A program made the translations under genes and the position numbers. DNA of 64,000 nt from Calditrichota bacterium (lineage in GTDB: Bacteria; Caldisericota; Caldisericia; UBA6126), in contig DAIMET010000005.1 of NCBI GenBank assembly GCA_036725105.1, positions 117-64,116 on the forward strand. Direction: 5' to 3'. Positions 19,679 through 29,911 of this stretch are shown one piece after another (position 1 is the stretch's first letter; each line of letters begins with the position of its first letter). Under the pieces are notes generated by a model. That model made no database searches, was not told where the DNA came from, and worked only from the letters and a program-made list of their open reading frames with translations.

Positions 19679-20158
19679 ATGAGCATTATCGAGTCTTTGG
19701 ATCAACTTCTATCCATTTTAGAAAATGCAAAAAGTGTTCCACTTACCGGAACAGTTATTGTTAACAAAGAAATCGTAGAAGATATTATTGAAAAAATTCG
19801 CTGTAATTATCCCCATGAAATCCAAAAAGGACAGAGCATTCTTCTTGAACGGTCTGAAATATTAGAATCTGCAAGAATAGAGGCTGCTCAAATAGTGGAA
19901 GATACAAAACATCGACAAAAAGATTTGGTGAACAAAGAAGAAATTGTTCAACTAGCAAACCATAAAGCACAAGAATTGAAGGAAAAAACGAAAAAAGAAT
20001 GCATCAAACTCTTGCAGGACTTACATAAATCTTTCAGGAGTTTGATAAAACAACAAGAAGAAGAACAGACAAAACGCCGAGAGTACATTCAACAGTCTTA
20101 TCAAGCCATACTTCATCAAATGGAACAATTCAAAATAGATCATATTGATCAGCTTTAA
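19679..20158 (+). CDS. Hypothetical coiled-coil protein
   Basis: 159-aa ORF starting 2 nt after coaD. It is charged and helical (KHRQKDLVNKEEIVQLANHKAQELKEKTKKE). I recognise no motif. Confidence 0.5.
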   Translation: MSIIESLDQLLSILENAKSVPLTGTVIVNKEIVEDIIEKIRCNYPHEIQKGQSILLERSEILESARIEAAQIVEDTKHRQKDLVNKEEIVQLANHKAQELKEKTKKECIKLLQDLHKSFRSLIKQQEEEQTKRREYIQQSYQAILHQMEQFKIDHIDQL

Positions 20159-20161
20159 ACC

Positions 20162-21721
20162 ATGAAACTTTTCCTTATATGCATCCTTGTTTTTCAAAGT
20201 GTTGCTCCAGGTAGAACCGATACTAGCTCTTTCCAATATCTTTCAAGTACCAGTTATCCTCCAACTCTATACGAGTTTGCATGCTCCCAAGCATCTCCTC
20301 AAAGATCTCTGGATACGATTGAAACCCTATCTTCTCCAGTCTTTACTGGAAGACAATCTGGAACCCAAGGGTGCGAATTAGCTGCAGAATGGATTTCACA
20401 GTACATGGAAGATTTGTACTTGGAACCTTGTCAAATCGATGATTCAGGAAGCTACTATCAAACATTCTCTGTTCCACTGTTACAAGTTCTGGATTCGACC
20501 AAATGCACTTTTTATGGGGAAGACAATATTGAATTTGAATACCGCAATGAATTTTACCCTTTTATCAAAAGTGATTCAGGATCCTACAAATCGGAACCAA
20601 TATTTGTTGGATATGGCATCATTACTCCAGAGTACAGCGACTATCATAATGTTGATGTCCGAGATAAAATGGTTATTGTTCTAAGTGGCTCTCCATCCTT
20701 TCTCCAACCCTCCGATTATATCGACATTGCCGATATTCAAAGAAAATTTACCACTGCAAAAAAACAGGGTGCCAAATCAGTTTTGATAATTGATCAAAAC
20801 GCAGATTCCACAATAAGAAACTGGAATCGAAAAGAAGTCTGGGATCCAGGGATTATCCCTGATATCCTGTGCTGCTTTCTTTCTTCTAGCGCAGGAGAAA
20901 AAATATTAAATACCCAATCATTATCAATTGATTCTGTCATCCAAAAAATCGAATCATCAAAACAATCATACACTTTTTCAATGCAAGAAAAAATCGAATT
21001 AACCATCTCTATATCAAAGCAAATGAAACCCACCTCGAATGTCATCGGTTATATACCTGCTCGAAAACCCACAACAAAATCTTTTCTTTTTACAGCTCAC
21101 TATGATCATCTAGGTCAAGACTTTGTAAATGCAGAAATTTTTGCTGGTGCCAATGACAATGCCTCTGGGGTCTCCGTAATTTTGGAAGTTGCCAGGGTTC
21201 TTCAACAGTTTCATACATCTGCAGATTATCATATTGTATTTATAGCATTCAGCGGTGAAGAAGAAGGATTGCTTGGGTCAAAATGGTATGTCGATCATCC
21301 AATGTTTCCCCTTAATGACATTGTTGGAGTCATCAATCTAGACATGGTAGGAGTTGGAGATAGTGAAATTATAGCTGGTACAGACCCAGATTTATTTCCA
21401 GAATTGGGTCAAGCTATTCGTTTTTCTGCAAACCAATTTGGCATACCAATCCAGTTTCATCGAGGAAGTCTTTGGGGTGGTTCAGACCAGTATTTCTTTT
21501 ACCAGAATAATGTCCCTTGTGTATTTTTCTGGAGGAGTGGCTTGTATGTTTGGGAAACGTATCATACACCTCAAGATGTTCCTGAGTTGATTCAGCTAGA
21601 AAATTTGAAAGAAAGCTTACAATTATGCATCTATACTGTACTTCTTGTCACAGATGCTTCACTTTCCATATCCCCAATCCCTTTACTTTCTCAACAATTT
21701 GATTATCAATTTGAAGCATGA
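20162..21721 (+). CDS. Exported M28-family aminopeptidase with a PA-like insert
   Basis: Signal-like N-terminus. It has FTAHYDHLG, GANDNASGVSVILEVARVL, FIAFSGEEEGLLGSKWY and VINLDMVG, the M28 zinc-ligand pattern. Confidence 0.8.
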   Translation: MKLFLICILVFQSVAPGRTDTSSFQYLSSTSYPPTLYEFACSQASPQRSLDTIETLSSPVFTGRQSGTQGCELAAEWISQYMEDLYLEPCQIDDSGSYYQTFSVPLLQVLDSTKCTFYGEDNIEFEYRNEFYPFIKSDSGSYKSEPIFVGYGIITPEYSDYHNVDVRDKMVIVLSGSPSFLQPSDYIDIADIQRKFTTAKKQGAKSVLIIDQNADSTIRNWNRKEVWDPGIIPDILCCFLSSSAGEKILNTQSLSIDSVIQKIESSKQSYTFSMQEKIELTISISKQMKPTSNVIGYIPARKPTTKSFLFTAHYDHLGQDFVNAEIFAGANDNASGVSVILEVARVLQQFHTSADYHIVFIAFSGEEEGLLGSKWYVDHPMFPLNDIVGVINLDMVGVGDSEIIAGTDPDLFPELGQAIRFSANQFGIPIQFHRGSLWGGSDQYFFYQNNVPCVFFWRSGLYVWETYHTPQDVPELIQLENLKESLQLCIYTVLLVTDASLSISPIPLLSQQFDYQFEA

Positions 21722-23103
21722 AAAAAAAGAATGGATATGTAATTCGATCAATACAGCATAGAAAAAAACAACAAAATAGGGTTTTTGTTGTTATAGTTGT
21801 TGGTTTGCTCATTGCTCTTGGATACTTTTTTTATCTCCATCGCTTTGATGTAAAAATATCGAATGCAAAACTATACTTTTTTGACGCTGAAAAGACAGAA
21901 CTCGTCCCAATAAGTCGAAAGATTAACCTAACAGGTCATACCGAAAAAATTGTTAAAATACTTATTGAAGAGCTCTCAAAACCACCAAAAGAGGGTAATT
22001 TTCAATCCTTTATACCCGTTCATGGTTCCGTTGCAAGCGTGAACCTGAATGAGGGTATTTGTCATATAGTCGTAGAAGAAGACATGATATCAAAATCTAT
22101 CTCATCCGTTTCTCAAGAGGCAGCTGCTGTATACTGCATCGTGAATACATTAACAGAACTTGATTCAATTCAAAAAGTACGCATTACTGTCCAAGGGAAA
22201 AAAGATCCTACTTTCAAGCAGTATATTTCTTTAGAAGAACCACTAATACGTCTTTCGGGACAACTACCGAAAGGACAATATGTTCGGCTCTATTCATACA
22301 ATGTATCACTCGATAACCTTGTGGTAAGAAGAATTGAAATTCCTGCCTCTGACAAGATTGAAGAAACCGTATCAAGCATTGTCCATCAATTCATCATTCA
22401 AAGCAATAAGAAAGAGGAGATTACCAGCTTTTTTCCAGAAGATGTCACGATCAACAATATTCTTATCGAAGATGGAACTCTTTTTATTGATCTTTCTCCC
22501 GAATTTCAGAGATTTCATTATGGAGCCACCGAGGAAATGGCTCTGGTGAATGCTATAACTCTTTCTCTAACGGAGCTACCACAAATTCAGCAAGTCCAGA
22601 TTCAAATCAATGGAAGTATTATTGATACTATTGGTGGTCATTCATTATCAATCGCTCCATACAAACGATGGTATGGCTACCAGAGAGAATCTTCTACCAT
22701 TCTTTACTTCGTGTATAAAAAAGATCAAAATCATTATTTAGTACCTACATTTCGAAATCAGGATACTCAGAAGCAACTATCCCCCGAAGAAATACTGAAA
22801 GAACTTCTTAAAGGTCCATCATCTGAAGAAAGAGAGATGGGTATTGTTAGCGATATACCTTCAGGAACAAAACTGATAACTGCAACCCCAGGAGAAGAAA
22901 ATAGCTTAACGATCAATTTAGAAATGGAAATGAGTGAATTTTTAAATGCTCAACAAGAAGAGAATTTCTTAGAACAGCTGATCTTAACACTTTCTGAAAA
23001 CACAAGTTTTCGTTTGTTTCATTTATACTTCCAGGGAGAAGCACTAGAGTCTCTTCCATTTGGAACAGAAATCAATAATCCACTTCGGCGGGAGATCGAA
23101 TGA
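21718..23103 (+). CDS. Membrane-anchored protein with two GerMN (Germane) domains
   Basis: TM segment VFVVIVVGLLIALGYFFYL. There are two modules of the type LYFFDAEKTELVPISRKI... and ILYFVYKKDQNHYLVPTFRN..., each ending in a hydrophobic (V/L)xIxIxG-type segment (VRITVQGK, VQIQINGS). ATGA overlaps occur at both ends. Confidence 0.65.
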   Translation: MKKKNGYVIRSIQHRKKQQNRVFVVIVVGLLIALGYFFYLHRFDVKISNAKLYFFDAEKTELVPISRKINLTGHTEKIVKILIEELSKPPKEGNFQSFIPVHGSVASVNLNEGICHIVVEEDMISKSISSVSQEAAAVYCIVNTLTELDSIQKVRITVQGKKDPTFKQYISLEEPLIRLSGQLPKGQYVRLYSYNVSLDNLVVRRIEIPASDKIEETVSSIVHQFIIQSNKKEEITSFFPEDVTINNILIEDGTLFIDLSPEFQRFHYGATEEMALVNAITLSLTELPQIQQVQIQINGSIIDTIGGHSLSIAPYKRWYGYQRESSTILYFVYKKDQNHYLVPTFRNQDTQKQLSPEEILKELLKGPSSEEREMGIVSDIPSGTKLITATPGEENSLTINLEMEMSEFLNAQQEENFLEQLILTLSENTSFRLFHLYFQGEALESLPFGTEINNPLRREIE

Positions 23104-24617
23104 AAAGAAATTTTCAAACTAGACTTTTTTGGACATGCATTCTATTGGTTCCACTTTGCATCGGTTGCATTCTTTCCTTGCCTTCTTGTTCTTACCTCAA
23201 TCACCATTATCACTACAAATTAGTAAAATCTGAAAACATGGATAGTCCTCATTTTCAATCCATTGCATCTATACCCTACGTATTGGAAGATCAAAAAGTT
23301 TTTTTGCATGCAGCTGTTATTAGGGATATGATTGATGAAAACGAAACTTCACAACTCTTGATATTCCAAACCGATTCATCTGGTCAGATTCTACAATCTC
23401 GTGTATTATTACCACCTGAGAATATCATACTCAACCAAGATCTTCTTGGATGGTTTCAATCCTCCCATAACACCTACTTATTCTTCGAAACATCATCCAT
23501 TGATAAAGATCCAAGGTACAACATCCATTTTCTACCCTTCCAGATTCAGCTTTTTAATGAAACACCCAACATTGATGTTGTCTCGTTTTCTAGTCCTTCA
23601 ATAACAATGCAAAACTATTGCAGCATTGCAAACCACTTCTTTCTAGCAGGGTCCTATGCAAGTTCAAGTCAAACGAATTCATATGGTCTCATAGTTGACT
23701 TTGTTGAAAACACACCCGGAAAGATTGAAATCTCTACCACCTCGCTCATGCAAATTCCAACAAATACAAAAAGAATGCACGCCACAACAGCAATATCTAG
23801 TATTATTCCAAACAACTCATCAGAAGAAGATGATTATTCTGTACATTTTTTAACTCAGAATAGTTATGTAGGAACACTCTACCCAGGTAAAAATGTAAAA
23901 AACTGCTATTCGATCCCTGGTTTCTATCCTTCCTTTCAAAACAAAATGTACGCCCACGGAGAAACTATTATTGTAGAAAACCATCCTCAATCTTCTTATG
24001 ATGCAGATCTTATTCAAGTGCTTTTAAATGGTAAAACAAATCACATCCATGTTTTTAACCAATATCCAAATCTTTCCTACAATTGGATTGCTAAAAAAAG
24101 CATGCATGATGCTAGTCAGGGAATGATTGCTCTGGGTTTCTTAGACAATAAAGATCTTTTTCTGGTTGGTGACCTGGATAAAAGTTTATCTACTGTGCAG
24201 GGGTGGCAACCACAGAACCATTATCAACTGACTCCAAATCCTTCTGTATATAGTAACTCATCGAACGTTTTGATATCAAGCCTTTTCTCTCAGTTAAAAG
24301 GAGGGGTTTCCGAATCATCCCTGTTAAAACCTGACACCCCTTATATTGAATTTCTGCAGAATCCTTGGAAGGTATCTAGATGGCGTCCAGCCCTTGAGAA
24401 AATGAAAAGAAATGAGATTCCTGATCCCGAAAAAACTCACATTTATTACAATGATCAGCAAAACAATACTTTGGATTTAAAGAAAGAACAGAGAGAAGTC
24501 ACTTTTGTGAAACCGTTTCATGTTTCAGATATGACTGGAAAAGTGTTCAAGCAAGAAAAAATGACGTTTACGCTCCATGATTTCTTCCGCTTGTCAGGTA
24601 TGAAAGCTGTGCCCTAG
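23100..24617 (+). CDS. Hypothetical exported protein or lipoprotein
   Basis: 505-aa ORF. The N-terminus is LLVPLCIGCILSLPSCS. It is translationally coupled (ATGA) to the GerMN gene. I recognise no motif. Confidence 0.55.
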   Translation: MKRNFQTRLFWTCILLVPLCIGCILSLPSCSYLNHHYHYKLVKSENMDSPHFQSIASIPYVLEDQKVFLHAAVIRDMIDENETSQLLIFQTDSSGQILQSRVLLPPENIILNQDLLGWFQSSHNTYLFFETSSIDKDPRYNIHFLPFQIQLFNETPNIDVVSFSSPSITMQNYCSIANHFFLAGSYASSSQTNSYGLIVDFVENTPGKIEISTTSLMQIPTNTKRMHATTAISSIIPNNSSEEDDYSVHFLTQNSYVGTLYPGKNVKNCYSIPGFYPSFQNKMYAHGETIIVENHPQSSYDADLIQVLLNGKTNHIHVFNQYPNLSYNWIAKKSMHDASQGMIALGFLDNKDLFLVGDLDKSLSTVQGWQPQNHYQLTPNPSVYSNSSNVLISSLFSQLKGGVSESSLLKPDTPYIEFLQNPWKVSRWRPALEKMKRNEIPDPEKTHIYYNDQQNNTLDLKKEQREVTFVKPFHVSDMTGKVFKQEKMTFTLHDFFRLSGMKAVP

Positions 24618-24650
24618 TTATTCTGGGGAAAAGAACAAAAAATAGATTTG

Positions 24651-25607
24651 TCAGATACAGAGGTATTTCTGTAGTTCAAAAAGCCTTTCATCAATAGGCT
24701 TTACATGACTGGCGACATCTTCCATCGGTATGGATACTATTTGGTTATCCTGGATTCCAACAACTAAACCGAATTTTTTCTCGTCGATGCATTCAACTGC
24801 CTTCACTCCAAAATTTGTTGCTAAAAAGCGATCTTGAAATGTTGGATTACCTCCGCGTTGAAGATATCCCAATACACTAATGCTTGCATGGATACCGGAA
24901 ACAAGTCCCAATGCATCTGCAAATTTCTCGGCTTTTGCAGAACCTTCTGCTAGAACTACAATAAAATGTTTTTTCCCCAATTCAAAATTCTTACGAATTC
25001 GTTCAGAGATATGGTTGATATCAAAAGGTCTTTCTGGAATTACAATACAGTCAGCACCAACTGAAATACCACAATTTAAAGCTAGAATTCCACGATCTCG
25101 TCCCATCACTTCAACTACGAATACACGCTGATGACTAGTTGCTGTATCACGAATTTTGTCAATAGCTCCAACAGCATTATTAAGAGCGGTGTCAAAGCCA
25201 ATTGTGCTATGCGTACCATACACATCGTTGTCGATGGTAGATGCCACTCCAACTACAGGAAAACCTTTTTTGTGAAGTGCAAAAGAACCCCTTTGGGTTC
25301 CATTTCCACCAATAATCACAAGGGCATCAATACGGTTTTTTTCAAGAGAATCCAAAGCTCTTTGGATACCTTCTTCTGTATGAAAATCAGGTGCTCGAGC
25401 AGTAAGAAGAATGGTTCCTCCCAGTGAAAGTATGCTGCCTACATCTCGTGAACAAAGCTGTTCGATTTCACCGGTCATCAAACCTGCATAGCCCTTTTTC
25501 ACACCCATTACTTCGTATCCCTTGTATATGGCTGTCCTGGTAACTGCTCGTATAGCAGCATTCATACCAGGAGCATCGCCACCAGAAGTTAAAACTGCTA
25601 TTCTCAT
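24651..25607 (-). CDS. pfkA: ATP-dependent 6-phosphofructokinase
   Basis: MRIAVLTSGGDAPGMNAAIRAV and TIDNDV. The start is the ATG at 25607 (AAGGTGG SD), not the track start at 25628. There is an ATGA overlap with the upstream ORF. Confidence 0.95.
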   Translation of the reverse strand: MRIAVLTSGGDAPGMNAAIRAVTRTAIYKGYEVMGVKKGYAGLMTGEIEQLCSRDVGSILSLGGTILLTARAPDFHTEEGIQRALDSLEKNRIDALVIIGGNGTQRGSFALHKKGFPVVGVASTIDNDVYGTHSTIGFDTALNNAVGAIDKIRDTATSHQRVFVVEVMGRDRGILALNCGISVGADCIVIPERPFDINHISERIRKNFELGKKHFIVVLAEGSAKAEKFADALGLVSGIHASISVLGYLQRGGNPTFQDRFLATNFGVKAVECIDEKKFGLVVGIQDNQIVSIPMEDVASHVKPIDERLFELQKYLCI

Positions 25608-26650
25608 ATTCCACCTTCTTGAAAACACTTCATCATCGAATGGTAAAACTTGGGTGTATATTTGATAAAATCAACAAGATCATCCCTATTAGAAGTATAC
25701 TCCATATCAATGACAGTGTAAATTTGAACAACATATTCTTCACCTCTTCGATTACACTGATCAAAATATTCTTCCACGGGTATCTTTGTGTACTTTTGAC
25801 CATAGGTTGCAATTCGAATCGCCTCTACCATTTGATTGCAAAAAGGATCACTGGTTTGAAGAGCAATATCTTGCAATTGCAAATCGAAATACTGCAGAGC
25901 ATGTAAAAAGAGATGTTCAGGAGCATTCTCTGAAAGTAACTCCACAAAAACTTCTTGCGATCCAAACTGCAAATATCCATTCTGGACATTCGTCAAGGAA
26001 ATAATCAGGAATAGGTCATTCAGTCTAGTTTGTAAATCCCTTACGACATATACATTCATTGCATACAGTCGGGTTGGGCAAAGAATGATATGAACTGTTT
26101 TGTAATTGTATCCAAAGAAATCGTATGTATTCTGTAATTCATTTTGGACTAGTTCTTTGTATTGGAAAGTATTGACAATTTGTGCGTAAGCATCTTTCAT
26201 ATGAATGAGATAGGAAGAAAAGTTGGAAACACTTGCAAAATCTTGGAGTGCTTTTTCCAGTTGAAGAATAATTTGTTGATCTTCAATTGTTAAATTCAAA
26301 GAAGATACACTTTTTTCCCAGGGTTCATTACGAAGTAATAGTTGGTACACATACGGAAGTAAATCGTCTTTTTCTAAAGTAGTGTAGAGCTGGACAGCTT
26401 CATGATTCTTCCACTTTGAAAATTGCTGTTTTGCTTGATACAGAAAAACACTGGTTAAAAATTGGCAATTGGAGTATTCATCTACTTTTGATAAAAAGGC
26501 AACTACATGAAATAGCTCAATAGAATTGTGTGCATATACCGTAACGGTTGGGCTGTTTTTCTCGTGAGAGAATATGTATCCTTTATGTCCTGGAACAACT
26601 AAACTAACCAACAATAGCAACACAATGATGTTTTTCTTCAAATCGAACAC
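25604..26650 (-). CDS. Hypothetical exported protein (possibly DUF4932-like, from memory only).
   Basis: 348-aa ORF with the signal-like N-terminus IIVLLLLVSLVVPG. It contains the segment VTVYAHNSIELFHVVAFLS. Its stop overlaps the pfkA start. Confidence 0.55.
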   Translation of the reverse strand: MFDLKKNIIVLLLLVSLVVPGHKGYIFSHEKNSPTVTVYAHNSIELFHVVAFLSKVDEYSNCQFLTSVFLYQAKQQFSKWKNHEAVQLYTTLEKDDLLPYVYQLLLRNEPWEKSVSSLNLTIEDQQIILQLEKALQDFASVSNFSSYLIHMKDAYAQIVNTFQYKELVQNELQNTYDFFGYNYKTVHIILCPTRLYAMNVYVVRDLQTRLNDLFLIISLTNVQNGYLQFGSQEVFVELLSENAPEHLFLHALQYFDLQLQDIALQTSDPFCNQMVEAIRIATYGQKYTKIPVEEYFDQCNRRGEEYVVQIYTVIDMEYTSNRDDLVDFIKYTPKFYHSMMKCFQEGGI

Positions 26651-26719
26651 TCCAAAATTATATGTTTACTTAATAGTAGCAGATTACACCAAAAAAAATG
26701 TTACAATACATCGTAAGAA

Positions 26720-28396
26720 ATGCAAAAGGATAACAAAACAAACAAAAACCCGAAATGGGATGAGTTAATTCAAAGCGTACGTACATTTCCCAACTCACCA
26801 GGGGTGTACATCATGCGTAATGAAAACGAAGATGTCCTGTACGTTGGAAAAGCAACATCATTAAAAAAACGTGTTAGCTCTTATTTTTACAATCAAAAAA
26901 AGAATAAGAGAATTCGTCAATTAATGAACAACGTTTTCTCTATTGAATACATTGCCACAAAATCTCCGTATGAGGCATTAATACTGGAATGTAACTTCAT
27001 CAAACGTCTTTTACCTGAATTTAATCGTGCATTAAAAGATGCAAAGGGATACCAGTATTTAACCTTCACAAATCATCCTTTTCCTTCTTTTTTAAAAGTA
27101 ATGAGAATGCAAAAGGATGACGGTATTTACTTCGGTCCTTTTACAAGTTCAAAAAAAGCTACATATCTTCATCGTTTGATTTTGTCCACATTCAATCTGC
27201 GAAACTGTAAAAAGAATTTAACGAAAAAAGAAAACAAGCCCTGTCTTCGATACTACATGAACCAATGTCCCGGGTGTTGCACCGGACAGATCTCCCAAAA
27301 TGAGTATCAAAAGCAGGTTCAATATGCTATCCAATTTCTCAAAAATGATGTTCATGCAGTTCAGGCAAAATTAACAGAAAACATGACATTAGCTGCGAAA
27401 GAACAAAAATACGAGTACGCTGCTCTTCTTCGGGATCAAATACAATCTATCAGTGCTATTCAGGAAAGACAGAGAGTAATCACCAAACCGGATTTCGATG
27501 GAGATTTACTCGCCATTTATTCATTTCAAGACAAAGCGGTCATTGATTTAATGAAAGTTCGAGAAGGAAAGGTGATCTATGAAGATCACTTTTACTACTA
27601 TCAAACATTCGGTGAAGAAGAAGAGGGAATTCTACAGAGCTTTCTGCTCCAATACTATTTGGATCTCAGTTTCTTTCCTCCACCTAAAGATATTCTAGTC
27701 AGTACTGAGTGTCCTGATCTGCTAGAAATACAACAACAGATTAAAACGAAATTTCCACAATCTTCTTTTCAGATTAAACACCCTAAAAGGGGATCAAAAA
27801 AACAACTGATTGATTTTTGTCTTGATAACGCAAAGAAACATTTCCAAACTAAATTTCCTCATTATTTCGATCAACTGAATCCCCTTTTAATTGAGATTCA
27901 GAACATGTTTCAGCTACCTTCCATACCATACCGTATTGAAGGATACGACATATCTCATATGCAGGGCGAAAATACTGTAGGTTCCATGGTTGTTTTCATC
28001 AATGGAAAACCAGCAAAAAAATACTACCGATACTTCAAGATTCGCTTAGCTTCTTTGCCAGATGACACGGGCTCCCTCCGTGAAGTGATTCAAAGAAGAA
28101 TACAGCATGATGATGAAGATTTTGGGACACTGCCCGATCTTTTTTTGATTGATGGTGGGTTGGGACAACTCCATGCAGTATCGAATGTTCTTCAGGAGAA
28201 TCAAATTGAATTACCTGTACTCTCTTTGGCAAAAAGAGAAGAATTGATTTTTACAGAGAAGGGGTCTAATCCAGTTCGACTAGATCAAGAAAGCTCTGCA
28301 ATACTAAAGCTGTTTCAGCAAATTCGTGATGAATCTCATCGTTTTGCCAAGAAACAATATCAATTGCAACACTCAAAAAGTACTCTAAAAGAGTAG
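26720..28396 (+). CDS. uvrC: Excinuclease ABC subunit C, lacking the C-terminal (HhH)2 domain
   Basis: GIY-YIG motif PGVYIMRNENEDVLYVGKATSLKKRVSSYF, a UVR-like helix pair (KYEYAALLRDQIQSI), and an endonuclease domain with GYDISHMQG...IDGGLGQL...IRDESHRFA. The ORF stops 16 codons after DESHRFA. Confidence 0.9.
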   Translation: MQKDNKTNKNPKWDELIQSVRTFPNSPGVYIMRNENEDVLYVGKATSLKKRVSSYFYNQKKNKRIRQLMNNVFSIEYIATKSPYEALILECNFIKRLLPEFNRALKDAKGYQYLTFTNHPFPSFLKVMRMQKDDGIYFGPFTSSKKATYLHRLILSTFNLRNCKKNLTKKENKPCLRYYMNQCPGCCTGQISQNEYQKQVQYAIQFLKNDVHAVQAKLTENMTLAAKEQKYEYAALLRDQIQSISAIQERQRVITKPDFDGDLLAIYSFQDKAVIDLMKVREGKVIYEDHFYYYQTFGEEEEGILQSFLLQYYLDLSFFPPPKDILVSTECPDLLEIQQQIKTKFPQSSFQIKHPKRGSKKQLIDFCLDNAKKHFQTKFPHYFDQLNPLLIEIQNMFQLPSIPYRIEGYDISHMQGENTVGSMVVFINGKPAKKYYRYFKIRLASLPDDTGSLREVIQRRIQHDDEDFGTLPDLFLIDGGLGQLHAVSNVLQENQIELPVLSLAKREELIFTEKGSNPVRLDQESSAILKLFQQIRDESHRFAKKQYQLQHSKSTLKE

Positions 28397-29911
28397 TTAC
28401 AATATGATTTCAAGAGGTAAGATATTTTGAAATGCTCCCTGTAAGATTTGATCTCCCATGATCTCCATTTCAGAATGAATGGATCGATCAACAAGAACGG
28501 GTTGGAAATGTGGAGCAATAATCTCATAAATCTTTTTAGCGGTAGAGCCCATTTTACTACGATCCCGAAATTCTAAGCACTGAAAAGCGGTAAGGAGTTC
28601 AATTCCTATGATGCGAGAAGTATTCCAGACTATTTCGTGGAGTTTCATACAAGCATTTGGTGCCATACTCACAAAATCCTCCTGATTTGCTGATACCGGT
28701 ATGGATGTTGCTGTAGCAGGATATACCAGAGTTTTATTCTGAGAGACTAAAGATGCATCTGTATACTGAACAATCATAAAGCCTGAATTCAAGCCTGGTT
28801 CTTTTGCTGCAAAAGCAGGTATTCCACAGCTTAGATTGGGATCCAGCAATTGATTCACACGGTGTTGAGAAATTTCACCAACAGTCTGCAATGCTATAGC
28901 CAAATAGTCTGCAAATAATGCAATAGGCTGAGCATGGAAGTTTCCTCCCGATATTACCTGGTCTTCTTTAACAAACAATAATGGATTGTCAGTAGCGGAA
29001 TTCATTTCCGCATGATTTACACCTATACAATATCGTATTGTATCCAGAACCGGTCCAATCACTTGAGGAATACATCGAAATGAATATGGATCTTGAACCC
29101 GAGAAGAAGAATCTATCAAATGCGAATCTTGAAGGGATGCTTCTAGAATTTTTCCTGCAAGTTGTTGTCCTTGATGGGGTTTTTGTTGGTGTAGCAAAGA
29201 TGAAAAAGCTGGTTTGCAACCGCAAAAGGCCTCCAAAGATAAAACTATAGAGCAAAAGGCACTGTCCATCAAATGAAGAACATTCATCAGGCTAATGGAC
29301 AACATTGCACAACTCATTGATGTTCCATTGATAAGAGCTAAACCTTCTTTAGGTTCGAGAGTGATGGGTCTTAGACCATGATCTCTTAAAACAAATCGAG
29401 AAGGAATCCTTTCATCATTCTGAAAGCATTCACCTTCTCCCAGCAAAACTAATGCCAAATGAGCTAAAGGGGCTAAATCTCCGCTTGCCCCAAGTGAACC
29501 TTTAGCAGGAATAAAGGGTACAATTTCATGATTCAATAAATCAATCAATGCATCAATAACTTCTTTACGAACACCTGAGCATCCAACCAGGAGAGAGTTT
29601 ACACGAATAAGAATGGTAGCACGAACAATTTCTTCAGGGAGTGGTTTACCTACACCGACTGCATGGCTTCGCAGTAAATTCACTTGAAGATGCGTTGCCT
29701 GAGATTCATTGATAGTTGTATTTGATAGCTTTCCAAAGCCCGTGTTGATACCATACACAACTTGCTTGTTTTCAAGAATTCTACTTACATAATCTCTGGA
29801 TTCTTGAAGTCTGGGTATTGCATCAGGATGGATGCCTACTTTTTCCTTCTTGTATGCAACAGACCGTATCGCATCCAATGACAACGAGTGGCCATCTAAT
29901 AAAATACTCAC
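28397..29911 (-). CDS. hutH: Histidine ammonia-lyase
   Basis: GSLGASGDLAPLAHL (the MIO-forming ASG triad). 504 aa. GTG start in a GTGA overlap with the lysS stop. Confidence 0.9.
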   Translation of the reverse strand: MSILLDGHSLSLDAIRSVAYKKEKVGIHPDAIPRLQESRDYVSRILENKQVVYGINTGFGKLSNTTINESQATHLQVNLLRSHAVGVGKPLPEEIVRATILIRVNSLLVGCSGVRKEVIDALIDLLNHEIVPFIPAKGSLGASGDLAPLAHLALVLLGEGECFQNDERIPSRFVLRDHGLRPITLEPKEGLALINGTSMSCAMLSISLMNVLHLMDSAFCSIVLSLEAFCGCKPAFSSLLHQQKPHQGQQLAGKILEASLQDSHLIDSSSRVQDPYSFRCIPQVIGPVLDTIRYCIGVNHAEMNSATDNPLLFVKEDQVISGGNFHAQPIALFADYLAIALQTVGEISQHRVNQLLDPNLSCGIPAFAAKEPGLNSGFMIVQYTDASLVSQNKTLVYPATATSIPVSANQEDFVSMAPNACMKLHEIVWNTSRIIGIELLTAFQCLEFRDRSKMGSTAKKIYEIIAPHFQPVLVDRSIHSEMEIMGDQILQGAFQNILPLEIIL

